A stretch of DNA of 64,000 nucleotides from Callorhinchus milii (taxonomy: Eukaryota), in the NCBI RefSeq assembly GCF_018977255.1, contig NW_024704742.1:57662001-57726000 (forward strand). Direction: 5' to 3'. Each line of letters starts with the position of its first letter. Within the stretch, counting starts at the first letter, position 1. This document shows, piece by piece, positions 63,107 through 64,000 of the stretch. The notes below the pieces were generated by a model that was not told the DNA's origin, did not search any database, and saw only the letters and a list, made by a program, of their open reading frames with translations. The translations under genes and the position numbers were made by a program.

Positions 63107-64000
63107 GGTGATGCTGTCAGCACCTGTGATGTGGAGGTGCTGACAGGATCCAATCAGGAGAACCTCGGTATTGTTGATGTTCAACTGAAGAAAACTAGCT
63201 CTCATCCAGGATTTGATGTCCATCAAGAACAGCAGTGGAGTCCTGGAGTCTAGGGTGGAGGCAGAGAGGTAGAGTTGGGTGTCATCCGCATACATGTGGA
63301 AGTTGACCACATGTCTGCGGGTGATGTCACCAAGAAGGAGAATATAGATATTGAAGAGGAGGGGACCAAAGACAGATCCCTGAGGAACGCTGCACAAGAC
63401 GGTGTGGTGGCTAGAGGAGAAGCCGTTTTTTGGAGATGAAGTGGAGACGGTATGAGAGGTACGATCTAAATCAGTCAAGGACAGAGCCATGAAGGTTGAG
63501 GTGAGAGGAGAGGCGGTGGATGAGGATAGAGTGGTTGATGGTGTTGAAGGCAGCAGAGAGGTCAGGGAGAACATGGAGACAGAGGAAGCCCTGGTCACAG
63601 ATAGCCAGAATGTCATTTGTCACTTTGACCAGGGCTGTTTTTGTGCTGTGGGTGGCACAGAAACCTGATTGGAGGGGTTCGTGAAGGGAGTGGCGGGAGA
63701 GGGAGCAAATTTGAGAAGCAACAACTCGTTCCAGGACCTTGGAGAGGAAAGAGAGGTACGAGACGGGCAGTAGTTTAGGAGTAGAGAAAAAAGTTTTTTT
63801 TAAGGATAGGAATGATGATGGTGGTTTTTAGTGGGGTGGCAACAGTACCAGTGAACAGGGAGAGATTTATGATGTCTTTGAGTAGAGGGGCAAGGAGGTG
63901 GAGCTGGGAGGTAAGGTTATGGGTAGGGATGGGATCGAGGGAACAGGTGGTCGGTTTCATGTGAGTTATAGTGGTGTTGAGAGAGGAGTGGGAGACAGGG

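Larger units (their letters stand above)
61683..64000 (-). mobile_element. L2 LINE (ORF2 RT region to 3' end; continues beyond the window), with nested insertions
   Basis: KPTTCSLDPIPT...; [15 protein letters not shown]...[10 protein letters not shown]...[19 protein letters not shown]; (CAA)n tail at 61683. Confidence 0.93.

Overview
Vertebrate genomic DNA, most likely from a cartilaginous fish (inferred from the mix of CR1, L2, Penelope and DeuSINE-type repeats; the species cannot be determined). The only supportable host coding sequence is a 340-nt first coding exon on the minus strand (56549-56210). It encodes the N-terminal region of a storkhead-box protein, recognised from memory as STOX2 (long isoform), and ends in a phase-1 GT donor. 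No downstream STOX exon was found, so positions 1-56209 are probably all intron. That intron is packed with a young tRNA-Ala-headed SINE, older Deu-type SINEs, L2 and CR1 fragments, Penelope remnants, two Tc1/mariner/pogo-type DNA element families and an unclassified structured repeat. The exon sits in a CpG island bracketed by a C/G-run array, a compound (CA)n array and a very homogeneous 42-bp minisatellite of about 44 units. A solo LTR lies further upstream. The most interesting signals are: (1) minimal hammerhead-ribozyme motifs in the Penelope pseudo-LTRs, one at the tip of an 88-bp-arm inverted repeat; (2) the promoter-proximal 42-bp array carrying two CAGGTG E-boxes, a CAG|GTGAG splice-donor motif and a two-state variant per unit; (3) a SINE/L2 pair sharing a 3' stem-loop with a compensatory base change; (4) a DNA transposon carrying three TGATTGACAG PBX-PREP/MEIS sites. 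Repeat boundaries are read by eye and approximate unless termini are quoted. No database searches were run.
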